Assembly (NCBI GenBank): GCA_051942205.1
Contig: JAVECO010000158.1
Location: forward strand, 1-55,965
Length of the DNA: 55,965 bases
DNA from: Coniocarpon cinnabarinum
Taxonomy: Eukaryota
Reading direction: 5' to 3'
Part shown: positions 13,070-24,899 of the stretch, piece by piece
How the letters are laid out: each line of letters begins with the position of its first letter
Position numbering within the stretch: position 1 is the stretch's first letter
The notes under the pieces: generated by a model
Seen by the model: only the letters and a program-made list of their open reading frames with translations
Database searches by the model: none
Told to the model about the DNA's origin: nothing
Program-made: the position numbers and the translations under genes

Positions 13070-15217
13070 TCATGCAAGTCCCAACTCCTTATAAAACGCC
13101 TCCGTATTCGGTTCTCTCCCCAGAAAGTCCTTCAGAGTCTCCATCTCATCCTGCGACCCGCCCCTCTCCAAAACCGTATGCCGATACCGCCTGCCCTCCT
13201 CCCCATTCATCGGCTCCTTTTTGAAGACACTGTAAAACATGTCGGACGAGTAAACTTGCGAGCTAAGGTAGCCATAGTAGCCCGCGTCGTAACCGCCAAT
13301 GAGATGACCAAACGTGGCCTCGCCGTGGCCCCATTCGTAGCCGTCGCCGTAGATTTCGGGACCATCGAGGCCGCTGATCTCTTTGCGCATTTTGTTATAC
13401 GTCTCCGAGACGGGCAGGGCGACGACAGCGTCGTGGGAGGCAGGTTCATGGACGCGCATGTCGAATGTGCCGAAGTGGAGCTGACGCAGGTTAGCGAGGG
13501 CGTCGTTGACGTGTTTAGTCTTGATGATGCTGTTGATGAGGTCGTCGGGGATGACTTCAGACGGCTGCGTGGCGTCCGCGTTGTTTTCTTTGAACACGTT
13601 TGTGTACTCTGGTGAGAGGTAGGACCAGTGCTTGCTCAAAGCGCGGAGCTGAGAGGGCGTCCAGCACCAGTTCTCTAGCATTTGGGAGGGCGCCTCAACG
13701 AAGTCGCGCACTGTGCTTGTGCCGTGGAAGCGAGAGTATGTCGTCTTGGACACGAGATCATGGATGCCGTGACCAAGCTCATGGAACAACGTCACGACCT
13801 CGTCGTGCTTCAGCAAGCTGGGCTTCAGCGGTGTTGGCTTCGAAAAATTGCACACGAGTGCCGTTGCTGGGTACCTGCGCTTGCCATTCTTGTCAATAAA
13901 GCCCGGCTGGAGGTTGAAGTTTGCGGCGTGGCCGTATTTGCCTTCACGCGGGTGGAGATCCAAGTACAGGTAGCCTACAAAGCCGCCCCCTTGCGCCTCG
14001 TCGTCCCACACACTGAATAGTTGGACATCCTGGTGCCAGACGATATCGTCTCCTTTGCTCGTGCTGGCGATGTGATCCCGGTCTTTGCCTACGACTTCCA
14101 CAAATTGCAGTCCGAACAGCTCCTCAAATATCTCCAGCATGCCTCGAATGGTGGACTGCAGAGGAAACCATTGGGACACCTTCTCCTGGTCGAGCTGGTA
14201 TTCCTTCTCGAGCATCATGGTATCATAGAATCGATGGTCCCATAGATAGTAATTGTAATCTGAGTCTATTCCTCGATTAGCCAAGTCGTCTTCTTTCAGC
14301 TGTTTCAGTTTCTTCAGTTCTCTTTGACCACCCGGTGCAAGGCGCTTCTTCAAATCATCCAGAAAGCCATCAACCCACTCCGGAGTTTTGGCCATTTTGT
14401 CCTCGATTCGAAAAGCTGCATGATTACGATAGCCCAACAAACGCGCTGCTTCGTCTCGTAATTCGATCGTCTCCTTAAAGAGCGGCGCATTGTCATTGCA
14501 TTTGTTCTCGTTCGAAATAAATAGCTTTTGACGGATGTCCGCGTTCTTGGCGTATTTTGAGACTGGGAAGAGGTCCGGGTATTTGAAGGTGACACGTAAC
14601 TTGCCCTCATTCTCCCCTGAACCCGGCTCAAAGTTGTCGACGAGGTCTGGAGGCACACCATCAAGCTCCTCGCGCGTGAAGAAAAGTGCGCCATTCTCTT
14701 CGTTGAGTCTTTTCTGGAAGGTAATGCTGATGTCGCTCAGGCGCTTCTTGATCTCCTTGAATCTGTCCCGTTTTGGCCCAGCTGGTATACCTAGCCCATT
14801 ACGGACGTAGCTCTTGTGGTCTTTCTCCAGTAAACGCTTCGACTCGGGGTCCAGGTCCTTCTGATCAGCTTTCAGCGCACCGTCTACTCTTTTGAACACG
14901 TCCTCGCGCAGCGCCGATTCGATGCTGAAATCCTCGAAGAGCTTGTCCGCCTCGGTAGATGCATCTCGGAGCTCTTTGGCCTTGGAAACAGCTTGATAGA
15001 AGCCCAGGATGTGAGCCTCAAGCGACATTTGATTCTCATCCATAGCCATGGGGAGCATGACGTTGTTGAAAGTCGGTGCGGAAGTGTCGCCGGCGATGTC
15101 ATCTTGAAGCTTCCGCGACCGATCAATCAACCTCTTAGTATCAGAGACGATCGACTCTGCGGTTGCTGTGAAGAGTGGGGGCGGTTGAGGTGGGCTACGG
15201 AACGGGCTGGACGCCAT
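13070..15217 (-). CDS. mepB: M3-family metallo-oligopeptidase (thimet oligopeptidase / saccharolysin Prd1 / MepB type)
   Basis: HExxH motif TLFHELGHGIH, DFVEAPSQMLE, GYDAGYYGYL. First in-frame ATG at 15217 (MASSPFRSPPQPPP); the frame stays open upstream to ~15478. Confidence 0.93.
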   Translation of the reverse strand: MASSPFRSPPQPPPLFTATAESIVSDTKRLIDRSRKLQDDIAGDTSAPTFNNVMLPMAMDENQMSLEAHILGFYQAVSKAKELRDASTEADKLFEDFSIESALREDVFKRVDGALKADQKDLDPESKRLLEKDHKSYVRNGLGIPAGPKRDRFKEIKKRLSDISITFQKRLNEENGALFFTREELDGVPPDLVDNFEPGSGENEGKLRVTFKYPDLFPVSKYAKNADIRQKLFISNENKCNDNAPLFKETIELRDEAARLLGYRNHAAFRIEDKMAKTPEWVDGFLDDLKKRLAPGGQRELKKLKQLKEDDLANRGIDSDYNYYLWDHRFYDTMMLEKEYQLDQEKVSQWFPLQSTIRGMLEIFEELFGLQFVEVVGKDRDHIASTSKGDDIVWHQDVQLFSVWDDEAQGGGFVGYLYLDLHPREGKYGHAANFNLQPGFIDKNGKRRYPATALVCNFSKPTPLKPSLLKHDEVVTLFHELGHGIHDLVSKTTYSRFHGTSTVRDFVEAPSQMLENWCWTPSQLRALSKHWSYLSPEYTNVFKENNADATQPSEVIPDDLINSIIKTKHVNDALANLRQLHFGTFDMRVHEPASHDAVVALPVSETYNKMRKEISGLDGPEIYGDGYEWGHGEATFGHLIGGYDAGYYGYLSSQVYSSDMFYSVFKKEPMNGEEGRRYRHTVLERGGSQDEMETLKDFLGREPNTEAFYKELGLA

Positions 15218-16100
15218 ACTGGAGATATAGGTGGGTCGAGCAGCGCCAGGGTATTGGACACCGCTGCTGCTGCTGAATTCAGGCTTCAAGGGAGTGCTAG
15301 ACCAGAACGACTTGCTGGACGGCCTGAGATGGGTCCAGACTTGTTTGACGCGAGTGGAGGAGCGAGAAGCCAGGATGAAGGTGAAGAGGAGTAAGAGGGC
15401 CGCACTGAGATAGACCAGGCGGCGATTCCCCGACGCAGCCAGGTTGAAAGAGGGGTATCTGAGAAGCTGAAGGTGGTGCTAGGGTGGTAGCATGGCCGGC
15501 CTTTTGCGGCGATGATGGATGGTGAGAGGGCGAGCGATTCAGCGACGATAGGTGGGCGCAAGGGCTCACTAGGGCATGCCAAAGTGTAAGCACCAGGCTT
15601 GGCGTTGCGTTAAGAATCCCTGCAGCCAGCACCTGCGAGTCTAATCCGGTCAGATCTGTGGGGAAGATGCCGAATCTGATTCTGATTCTGCAAAGTGTAT
15701 GCACTACTTGGATGGTGAGGTAAACTTGAGCCTTAGCTCTGAGGCTAGATCCACTGCCGTTTGGTCAGTGACTCGAGTTGGCAAGGCACTATCGATAATC
15801 GTCCACGGCAGGGTCGGACTTCAACCAGCAAATTTGGAATAACAATGGAGTGAGCCCACCTGTAGTGATGTAGGTGGTCCGGAAACATTATCTTGAGTGA
15901 GCAAATCCGAGGATTGCGCACAAGTTCTGTGGAATATGTTCGTGCTGTGCTGCTCCCAGAACTCGTGAGCCGCAGTCTATGCATTGCCCTTCCCACTGCG
16001 AGATTTCCAGAACTGCAGGCTACCCACGTTATTACCACGGTGACTTTGTGTGAGGTCCGCGGAGAGATCACTTCGCCACATAAATTGCTGTGAATTAACC

Positions 16101-19037
16101 ATGAAGCTGGACGTCAAGGTTGGACTCAACGCACACAATTGGCGTATTTTGACAATGTTGACCGTCGCTTAGCGCCAGCTGTTTGCACGCAGTGAGCGTG
16201 TCAAAGGCATTGATTTTCATCCAACAGAACCATGGGTAAGCAATGTTTGCTAGTAATTGAGTGTGACCATGAGCTTATGTGGTGCAGATACTTACGACTT
16301 TGTATAGCGGTCCGCATGACCCCCTCTCGTTCGTTACGATCTCTTTGCTAACAATTCGGTCAAGGGCACGCTTACATCTGGTCATACGAAACACAGGTGT
16401 GCAGTTTGTGCTGAAGGAGACACGACTGGACGCTAACATGTGTCGAAGGCCATCATAAAGACATTCGAACTTACAGACGTCCCGGTACGCGCCGGCCGCT
16501 TCATCGCAAGAAAGAATTGGATAGCTTGTGGCAGCGATGACTTCCACATGCGTGTCTACAACTACAACACGTCTGAGAAAATCACAGCATTTGAAGCGCA
16601 TCCAGACTACATTCGAGCTATTGTTGTCCATCCTAGCCAGCCATTCGTTCTCACCGCCTCAGATGACATGACAATCAAACTATGGGATTGGGACAAGAAC
16701 TGGAAGTGTGTTCAGGTCTTCGAGGGGCACAGCCACTATGTTATGGGACTTGCAATCAATCCGAAAGACACAAATACGTTTGCCTCGGCCTGCTTGGACC
16801 GCACTGTCAAGATTTGGAGTTTGGGTTCAAGCTCTCCGAATTTCACATTAGAGGCACATGAGACCAAGGGTGTAAACCACGTGGATTACTATCCTCAATC
16901 TGACAAGCCGTATTTATTGACGACATCCGACGACCGAACCATCAAAGTCTGGGACTACACAACCAAGGGTCTCATTGCAACATTGGACGGACATACCAGC
17001 AACGTCTCCTTTGCGTGCTATCACCCTGAATTGCCAGTCATTATCTCTGGTTCCGAGGATGGCACAGTCAAAATATGGCATGCGAATACATATCGTCTGG
17101 AACAGTCATTGAGCTATGGCTTAGAAAGAGCTTGGTGCGTGTCATACCAGCGTGGCAGGCAGGGCGTGGCAATGGGATTTGATGATGGCGCGATTGTTGT
17201 CAAGATGGGTCGTGAGGAGCCAGCTGTATCCATGGATGGTAGTGGAAAGGTCATCTGGGCACGACACCTGGAGATTGCATCAGCCGTGATCAAGGGAGCG
17301 GATAAAAACCTCAAGGATGGTCAGCCAATTTCACTGCCCTCCAAGGATCTTGGCTCGACCGAAGTTTATCCACAATCGCTATCACATTCGCCAAACGGTC
17401 GATTCGTGGCTGTGTGTGGTGACGGCGAGTACATCGTATACACTGCTCTTGCTCTGCGAAACCAGGCTTTTGGTCAAGCACTCGACTTTGTGTGGGCGTC
17501 GAAGGAGAACGACAAGGATTTTGCTATTCGGGAGTCATCTACCAGCGTCAAAATCTTTCGAAATTTCAAAGAGCGAGGTTCAGGCGGCCTTAACGTCGGG
17601 TTCCAAGCCGAGGGGCTGAGTGGTGGTACGCTTCTGGGTGTAAAGGGCCAAGGCGGTATCGGATTTTTCGATTGGGAAAGTGGACAGCTTGTTCGCAGGA
17701 TAGAGGTGGAACCCACCAGCGTATGTCCGACCACCACCTTTGAAATTCTTTCATGGCTAATCAATATCGACTAGGTCTTCTGGTCAGACTCCGGCGATCT
17801 TGTCACATTGGCGTGCGATGACACATTCTATGTCCTTCGCTTCTCACGAGAGTTGTTCTTGGAAGCTGTCCAGACTGGACAAATTGACGAAGATGGCGCT
17901 GAAGCCGCATTCGAGACCGTTACTGACATTAACGAATCAGTCCGAACAGGTCAATGGATTGGCGATTGCTTCGTCTACACATCTTCTACAAATCGTCTAA
18001 ACTACTTGGTGGGCGACCAAACCTACACTATCTCACACTTTGATTCACCGCACTATGTTCTCGGCTACCTTCAGCGAGACCAGCGAATTTACGTTGCCGA
18101 CCGGGATGTGGCAGTCACATCTTTTGCACTTTCTGTCTCAGTTATTGAGTTTCAAACTCTTGTGCTGCGTGGTGAACTTGACACTGCCCTGGAGATGCTC
18201 CCCGACATTGACGGTGATCAAAAGAACAAGATTGCTCGATTCCTTGAAGGCCAGGGATACAAAGAGCAAGCGCTGGAGATTGCCACCGACTCGGAACACC
18301 GCTTCGAGCTATCGTTGCAGCTGAATCAACTCAACATTGCCTTGGAGCTCGCTCGAGAAGCTGACGCCGAGCACAAGTGGAAGACCGTTGGTGATGCCGC
18401 ACTCACTGCCTGGGATCTCAAATTAGCTGCGGAATGCTTCACCAAGGCAAAAGATCTTGGATCATTATTGCTAGTCCACTCAAGCACTGGCTCTGCTGAG
18501 GGGCTGAGAGAGCTGGCGAGTCAAGCGGAAGCTGCTGGCGCCCACAACATTAGTTTCAGTTGTTTGTGGCAACTGGCAGACATTGACGGGTGTGTGAGCA
18601 CCTTGTTGAAAACAGGACGCACTCCCGAAGCAGCACTATTTGCACTGTCCTACAGTCCCTCACGAGCACCACGAGTGGCGGCTAAGTGGCGGAAAGAACT
18701 GGAGAGCAAGGGAAAAGGCAAGGTGGGAAAAGTGCTGGGCATGCCGCCTGGAGTAGAGAATGAGAAGCCCTCGCTTGACGGCGAAGAGGCCGATGGTGAG
18801 ACGCCAGAAACAAAGGAGCCACAGACATTCGAGCCAGATGAAGAACTGTTCCCGGACTTTGCGGAATGGCTCAAGCTGGAGCAAGAAGGCAAGTCAGCAC
18901 AAGAGAGTTTGATCGATGTTGACGGGGTTGCAAATGGTGTGAACGGATCGGCGTCGGCGCCAGAAGCAGTGGAGGCGAGTAAAGGACTGAAAGAAATCGA
19001 AAAAGAAGCGGAGGCTGAAGCGGCTGAGGCGGAATGA
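16101..19037 (+). CDS. SEC27: Coatomer (COPI) beta' subunit. Exons approx. 16101-16118, 16173-16235, 16288-16309, 16365-16396, 16449-17720, 17775-19037
   Basis: Spliced N-terminus MKLDVKRQLFARSERVKGIDFHPTEPWILTTLYSG; WD40 repeats (FEAHPDYIR, FEGHSHYVM); coatomer WD-associated region; acidic tail. Confidence 0.96.
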
Positions 19038-20418
19038 ATGATTGATTCATGGTCGAGCGCGTTGCCAGACCGCCAGAGGCTGCTGGCACGAGCAGACGTA
19101 CTCCAGTCAATGACACGATGATGAGTGAACACACGGAGAAGCGGAACCGCACTGAGTCAAGTGCTGGGCGTCTACGGCGTGCCTAGCGAGTGCAATGAAG
19201 CATGTGGAGATGAGGGAGCGGCACAGCGGTCGTGGGCTTGGTTTGACAGCGGAGGAAGATCAGTAAATACCTTCCAGCTATCAACATTTTGATCTGGATA
19301 CTTTCCCAGAAGGATGAGAACCTTTCAAGATGTGTCGCTGGGCCGTGTGAATGTCACTCGCTGTCAGCCGGACGTGTCACATAGTACGACACGTGGCCGT
19401 GAACATGTTCGGGTGGGGATTATGTTTGTCTGGTAGGAGATTCTGCAGGCAATTGTTTGAAGCTTTGCTGGGCTTGCGTGACCCCTGCTGAGGCGTTTGA
19501 TAGAAAGGCGCCATGGCCATGGCATTTCGCCATGTGTGGTGGAGTCTGACGGGCCCTGGTGCGGCGATGAGGGTGGGGAGGAGAAGTGGAGCGCGTCGAG
19601 ACCGAACGTGTGGTGTTGTGATGGGCGAGTGCAATGCGAAGAGGACGGAGAGGGAAGGTTGATTGTCACATTGTTTCCCGGCGGCAATTTGATTCGCCCA
19701 GAACGTTCTAGTCTCCGCCTTGGCACCGCGCTCCGTTTCATCTCCAGATTGCACCTCACTTCTCTTCCTCAACCCTGCACGCCCTTCTTGCCCACCCTTT
19801 CGTGAGGACTGAATGCCTTCTGATCGCAATCTGCTCATCAACATCCGAGACAAGAGAGTATCTCTGTTTCTGTAAGCCGCCTTGACCTGTAAGCCACGTA
19901 AGCAAGAGACAAAATGACAGAAGTTCAAATCACATCCATGAAGCGCCTGAACCTGCACCACAAGATTGAACTTTCATGAACACATGACTAGGAATCCTTA
20001 ACTTTCCATTCTCCACCCTTGACAGATTCAAAACTGTAACACATGGTGACCTCCGCCTCGGCTGCTCTACTAGGAAGTTCGCTTGCAGTCGTGAAATCTC
20101 GACTTCCCCTGCCATCTTCTTGACACGCTCCCCGTGTGGAGTCTCGGCGCCTATCCTTCAGTACAAGTACCTGATGAGAACCTGGCAAGCCTTTCTTTCC
20201 CTTCTCTTGGTCTCCAACCCTTCGTTGCGGCTGAGTGTAGCTAGAAGCTTTTTCGTGCACTCTCTTTCAACAGTCACTCATTTGACCACCGACCTTCTCC
20301 ATTGATTGGAGCTGGCATTCACTCGTTAACACACTATCATTCCATTCTCACAAAGCATCTTCTCAGTACCGTACCTAGACCTATCAGATTAGAGCATATC
20401 ATTTCACAATCATCCAAA

Positions 20419-21529
20419 ATGCCTAACGTTCAAGTCGCTGGTCTCTTGGCCTCTCTCGCCACAAGCGTTGCTGCCCACGGCTACGTCCAAAGCATCGTCG
20501 CCGGCACCTCCACATACACTGGCTACAACCCTTCGTTCCAATACCAGACACCTGCTCCTGTGGTTGCGGGCTGGTCAGACCCAGAAGATCAGTCAAATGG
20601 ATTCATTTCCCCTTCCAACTATACCGGCCCTGACATCATTTGCCATCTCGGTGCTACACCTGGCAAGAGCTACGTTGATGCTGCCGCTGGTGACAATGTT
20701 ACCTTCCAATGGAATACCTGGCCCGAGAGTCATCACGGGCCTGTTATCACTTATCTTGCCAACTGCGGCGGTGATTGCACTACTGTTGACGTAAGACTCA
20801 ACAAATAGATCTTTTCCACAAACCTTGTCTTGCTCACAATGAATGCAGAAAACCAAGCTCGAATTTGTCAAGGTCGACGCCGTTGGCCTCGTCACCCCAG
20901 GCCAAACTGGCACCTGGGCTACTGACAACCTGATCGCGGCCAACAACTCCTGGACCATGACTATTCCCGAGTCCATTGCTCCAGGCAACTACGTTGCTCG
21001 TCATGAGATCATTGCTCTACACTCCGCTGGCCAGGCCGACGGCGCCCAGAACTACCCTCAGTGCATCAACATGAAGATCACCGGCTCCGGCAGTGAAAGC
21101 CCTGCTGGCACCCTTGGCGAGAAACTGTACACTCCTGACGAGCCCGGTATCTCCATCAATATCTACACCGACATGACCTCCTACCCCATGCCTGGTCCTA
21201 CTCTGTGGTCTGGAGCTGGCGGCTCTGCCGGCGGTGCTGCCGGTGGCGATGCTCCTGCCGCCCCGGCTCCTGGCTCTTCTGCCAGCGCAACTGGATCCTC
21301 CCCAGCGTCGGTGTCTGCTACTGCCACCGCTACCGCTGCCCCATCTGCCGCTAATGGTGCATCGTCAAGAGTCTCCGCCGCCGCGGGCGCCACTGGTGCT
21401 CCTTCTTCCGGCGCTGACACTGGCGCATCAACTGGGTCAACTGGCAGCTCTGGCAGCTCCAACTCCTGCAAGCGCAAGCGCAACAGCAAGCGTGCTCAGC
21501 TCAAGCGCCGTACTCAGCTCAAGGCGTAA
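20419..21529 (+). CDS. AA9 (GH61) lytic polysaccharide monooxygenase. Exons 20419-20790, 20849-21529
   Basis: Signal peptide ending VAA|HGYV (N-terminal His brace), [23 protein letters not shown]; Ala/Ser/Gly linker and basic tail, no CBM1. Confidence 0.95.
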
Positions 21530-21819
21530 GGTCGTACTTGCACCATGATCTAGTACCATTTGGCATCGTGGATTGATGTTGGATTCAGGAGGTTGTACGT
21601 TACGTGCATTGACAGGTGTCTTTCATGGAGTGTTTTAGATGAATTCAGCCCAGCCAAAAGGCGAGCATTACGTAGAGGAATGATTCGAATGACGTTGCTC
21701 ACGTGTTTCCTGGCAACTAGTATAACTTTCTTACTCTGACGCAAAGCTTGCGTTTTTTCCATTGTGCTGATGATTAGAGGAGTTTCTGGGCGCGAATCAG
21801 AAACAGATCTGCCAATTTC

Positions 21820-24800
21820 TGAGGGGCGGTGTGACTAATGAGGCCATTCTTGCTCACAATGACCCTCACGAGATACCGGTCGAACACTAGAAAGTCATGA
21901 TGATTATCAGCGAATGAAGTTGGTTGCGTAGCTATTGATGAAGCTAGCCGATGAAGGGAGCCGACATAGCTGGTTGACCTGGCTTACAGTTTGTTTGAGT
22001 GAAGTCGTACCTCTTCTTCATCTAGAGTCGCGTGTTTGCTTCCTTAGAAGTCGACGCCTTCAAGAAGAAGGGGAGATACCACAATCTTGCCCTATTCATT
22101 GACTTCTCGCTACGACTGAAGTTTTGGCAGGTATGCTTATGAGTGGCGATGATTTTCATCATCAGTGACGATGACTGCTCATTGGTCTTTGCTCTTCCTT
22201 TTCAGCGCGTCTGGCTGTGTGACAACAGTCGCGATGTCTGGATCTGGAAATGTCGGAACAATGGTGGGCTAGGGGCGAAAAGATAAGTTTTTGATGTTCG
22301 CTGGAGTGAGATTGTGTCATAATGCTTCAGAACCATGTGATGCAGCTCTTCATCAGCGGACGATGTTGCTCACGTGTCTCAATCTTCGCGCCCAGGGCAG
22401 TCTGAAAAGCCTGGGGTACTTGGTTTCCCCTCTGACGCTGGGAACCTTGGAGGGATATTGTACATCGAGAAGGCACCATTCGTGACTGATATGATTTGAA
22501 TTTGTCTTCGCGAGGAATCTTTCCTTCTTCCATACGTGCATCTGTGGCTTTATACCAAGCCTTTCGTCGACGCTAGGGGTACATTGAGAGAGAGTTTATA
22601 ATGCCGGCGCGACTTATCAATAATTTTCAAACCAGGGGACGTGATGGCTTCGAATCATTTATATTTTTGCTGACACAAGACAGCAGGAGAGCAAAATTGT
22701 GGATCACGAAAATATGGTGATGATTAGCGAGTAGAGGTGTTCACATGTTCCGTGGAGTTGTTCCCTTTCGTTTTCAAAAGGTGCCTGCGCCGGCTGATGG
22801 GAAAGAGCATAGCGATTTGTGGAAGCTTTCGCGAGACCAAAGAGTACCAGGACAGGGGATGTAGTCACTTGAACCAACCACGCATCGCTGACGCTCTTAG
22901 GCTTTATTGAAACACACAAAGCTCGTGAGGTCCTGGCGATGATCATCAGTGAGTGATACAAATCACGTGCTGCGACGGGCTATCTTTACCCATATTTCAA
23001 GGTCGCCCTCATTGTGTCATGTTTTCAAGGTCAATAGAGCATCAATGCTTGTTGGAGGCTACATGACCTTCTTCCAGGGGCAACGGCTACTTCAAGACGT
23101 TTACTCATTACTGGTAGTACGCAGGCTTCTTAAAAGCGCATAGCGCACAAGAAGCGTTTGAACCTGCTGATCATCATCAGCGAGTAACGGTACTTACGTG
23201 CTTAGCAGGGTTGATCCTTCTTTATAATAGTTGCCTCGTTGCTTTACTGAATCGTTTTAGACAAGTCTTGAGAGCTTCTGGAAAGCCTCAGCGAACAGTT
23301 CAGGGGCTATGTGATAATCCAAATCATATGGTCTCACCAAGAAGTCCAAGAACACGGAAACATGCTCAGAAATCATGAGATTGCAACGATGATCAGCGAA
23401 AATGCTGATCACGTGTTTTAAAGAAGCCTTCTTGTCTCTATATAAAGATTGTCTGCATTACTTTCTGATCAGACAACAAGCCATCGACGCGTTCACGGGC
23501 TATCGAGAGTGTGGAGAAAGCCCTCGCCAGGGGCGATATGCTTGCTCAGATCATTCATGTATTGACAACACTAACATGCTTCAAAGAATCTTACGGATGT
23601 TTTGAAGTCATGATGATGATTATCAGCGAGTGACGCTACTCACATGATGAGCGGAGCTAGTCTTCTTTTTTTATTTAAAGGTCGCCCCTACTGCTTTGGG
23701 GATTAAAACAAACAAGTTATCATCGTTTCTGTCGCCTCAAATATAGTGTCCCTAGCGGGGCACAGGCTGTTTCCAATGAAGCTGTTTCTAATCACTAATA
23801 TGGATATGCTTTACAATCACGCGACGATTTTAAAGTTAAAAGAATGCTTACCAGCGAATAATGGTACTCACGTGATGTGCGAAGCTAGTCTTGTCTTCAT
23901 TTAAAGGTCGCTCTCATTGCTTTAGGGCATTGATTTCAACAAGCCATTAACGTCTCTGTCCGGACGCCAAAACTACTTTTGAGGGGCATTGATTACTTCT
24001 CGTTAATCACGCACCACTAATTAACGTGCTTCAGGAAAACGCTCGAAGCTCGTAAACTCGTGAGGATGACCATCATCGAATTATAGTACTCACGCGAGTA
24101 CTGACGGAGATGACGTGTCCCCCCCAAAGAGGAAGCTTTTCCCCACCTTGCTGAAGACTCCTTCTGCATCTTTCGGGAGATGAGTTCTCGTCGTTTCAAA
24201 GACTCAGAGGGATTCAAGGAGGAGACGTGGCTACTCCTGATCTTCCAGGTGTTACATTCAGGTTGTCACAGTCACTAAAAATCTTGAGACACGCCTGTAT
24301 GATATGTTTGAACGATGACGACGATCAGCGCAAGAAGTCGGTCATCCGTTCTGACTAAGCTGATTGACTGTTGTTAATCATGTACTTGCCCCTTGGTAAC
24401 CTGGGATTGAAACATTACAAACGCAAGTCCATGCGATTTCAGGGTTTCACTGCAAGAGCGTGACTCTTCACATTCTTCAGGATTGCGCTAGCGAAATAAG
24501 AGCCTGAAAGGTCGTAGGTTGTGGGGTCATCATTATGATGAGCGCTTTGCAAAGCTCGCTAATGCTCGCGAAAGATAACGCATCAACCACTATAAAGGGT
24601 TTCTCCTTTGAACGATCGCAAAGTTGCTGTCAAGTTTCTGAGCTTGATTACGAAGAAACCTGGACGTCCAATAGGGGCTGAGTGTTTCGATTGATTCCGA
24701 ATTGTTGCGCTCCAGTGACACAGCATGTGCAAGAACGCATGCGTGAACAGAGATGATTTTCATTATCATCACCGAATACCAACTTTCTCATATTCATCAA
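21820..24800 (+). repeat. Degenerate tandem array with ~225-bp unit (blocks: GATGAT..ATCAGCGA, TCAC(G/A)TG, AAGGTCGC, AGGGGC)
   Basis: CAGCGA-like cores at 22725, 22947, 23178, 23394, 23624, 23852, 24074, 24326, 24540, 24770. (A/C)GGGG at 22634, 22854, 23076, 23302, 23529, 23756, 23982. Units at ~23610 and ~23845 align over more than 100 bp by eye. Confidence 0.85.
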
Positions 24801-24899
24801 AGCTGCTGTCTTGATCCATGAGAAGGCTGCCTTGCGACAGATACTTCGAACGAGCTCTTCTGTCAAGTCGCTCAATCAATTGTTTCGGACTCTCAGGCT

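Noticed and set aside
12788..13615. 275-aa + strand ORF
   Set aside because: Largely the antisense shadow of the M3 peptidase; no domain features.
22700..24800. Decayed polyubiquitin gene (228-bp unit)
   Set aside because: The period is similar, but unit length varies (214-252 bp) and I see no ubiquitin-like translation.
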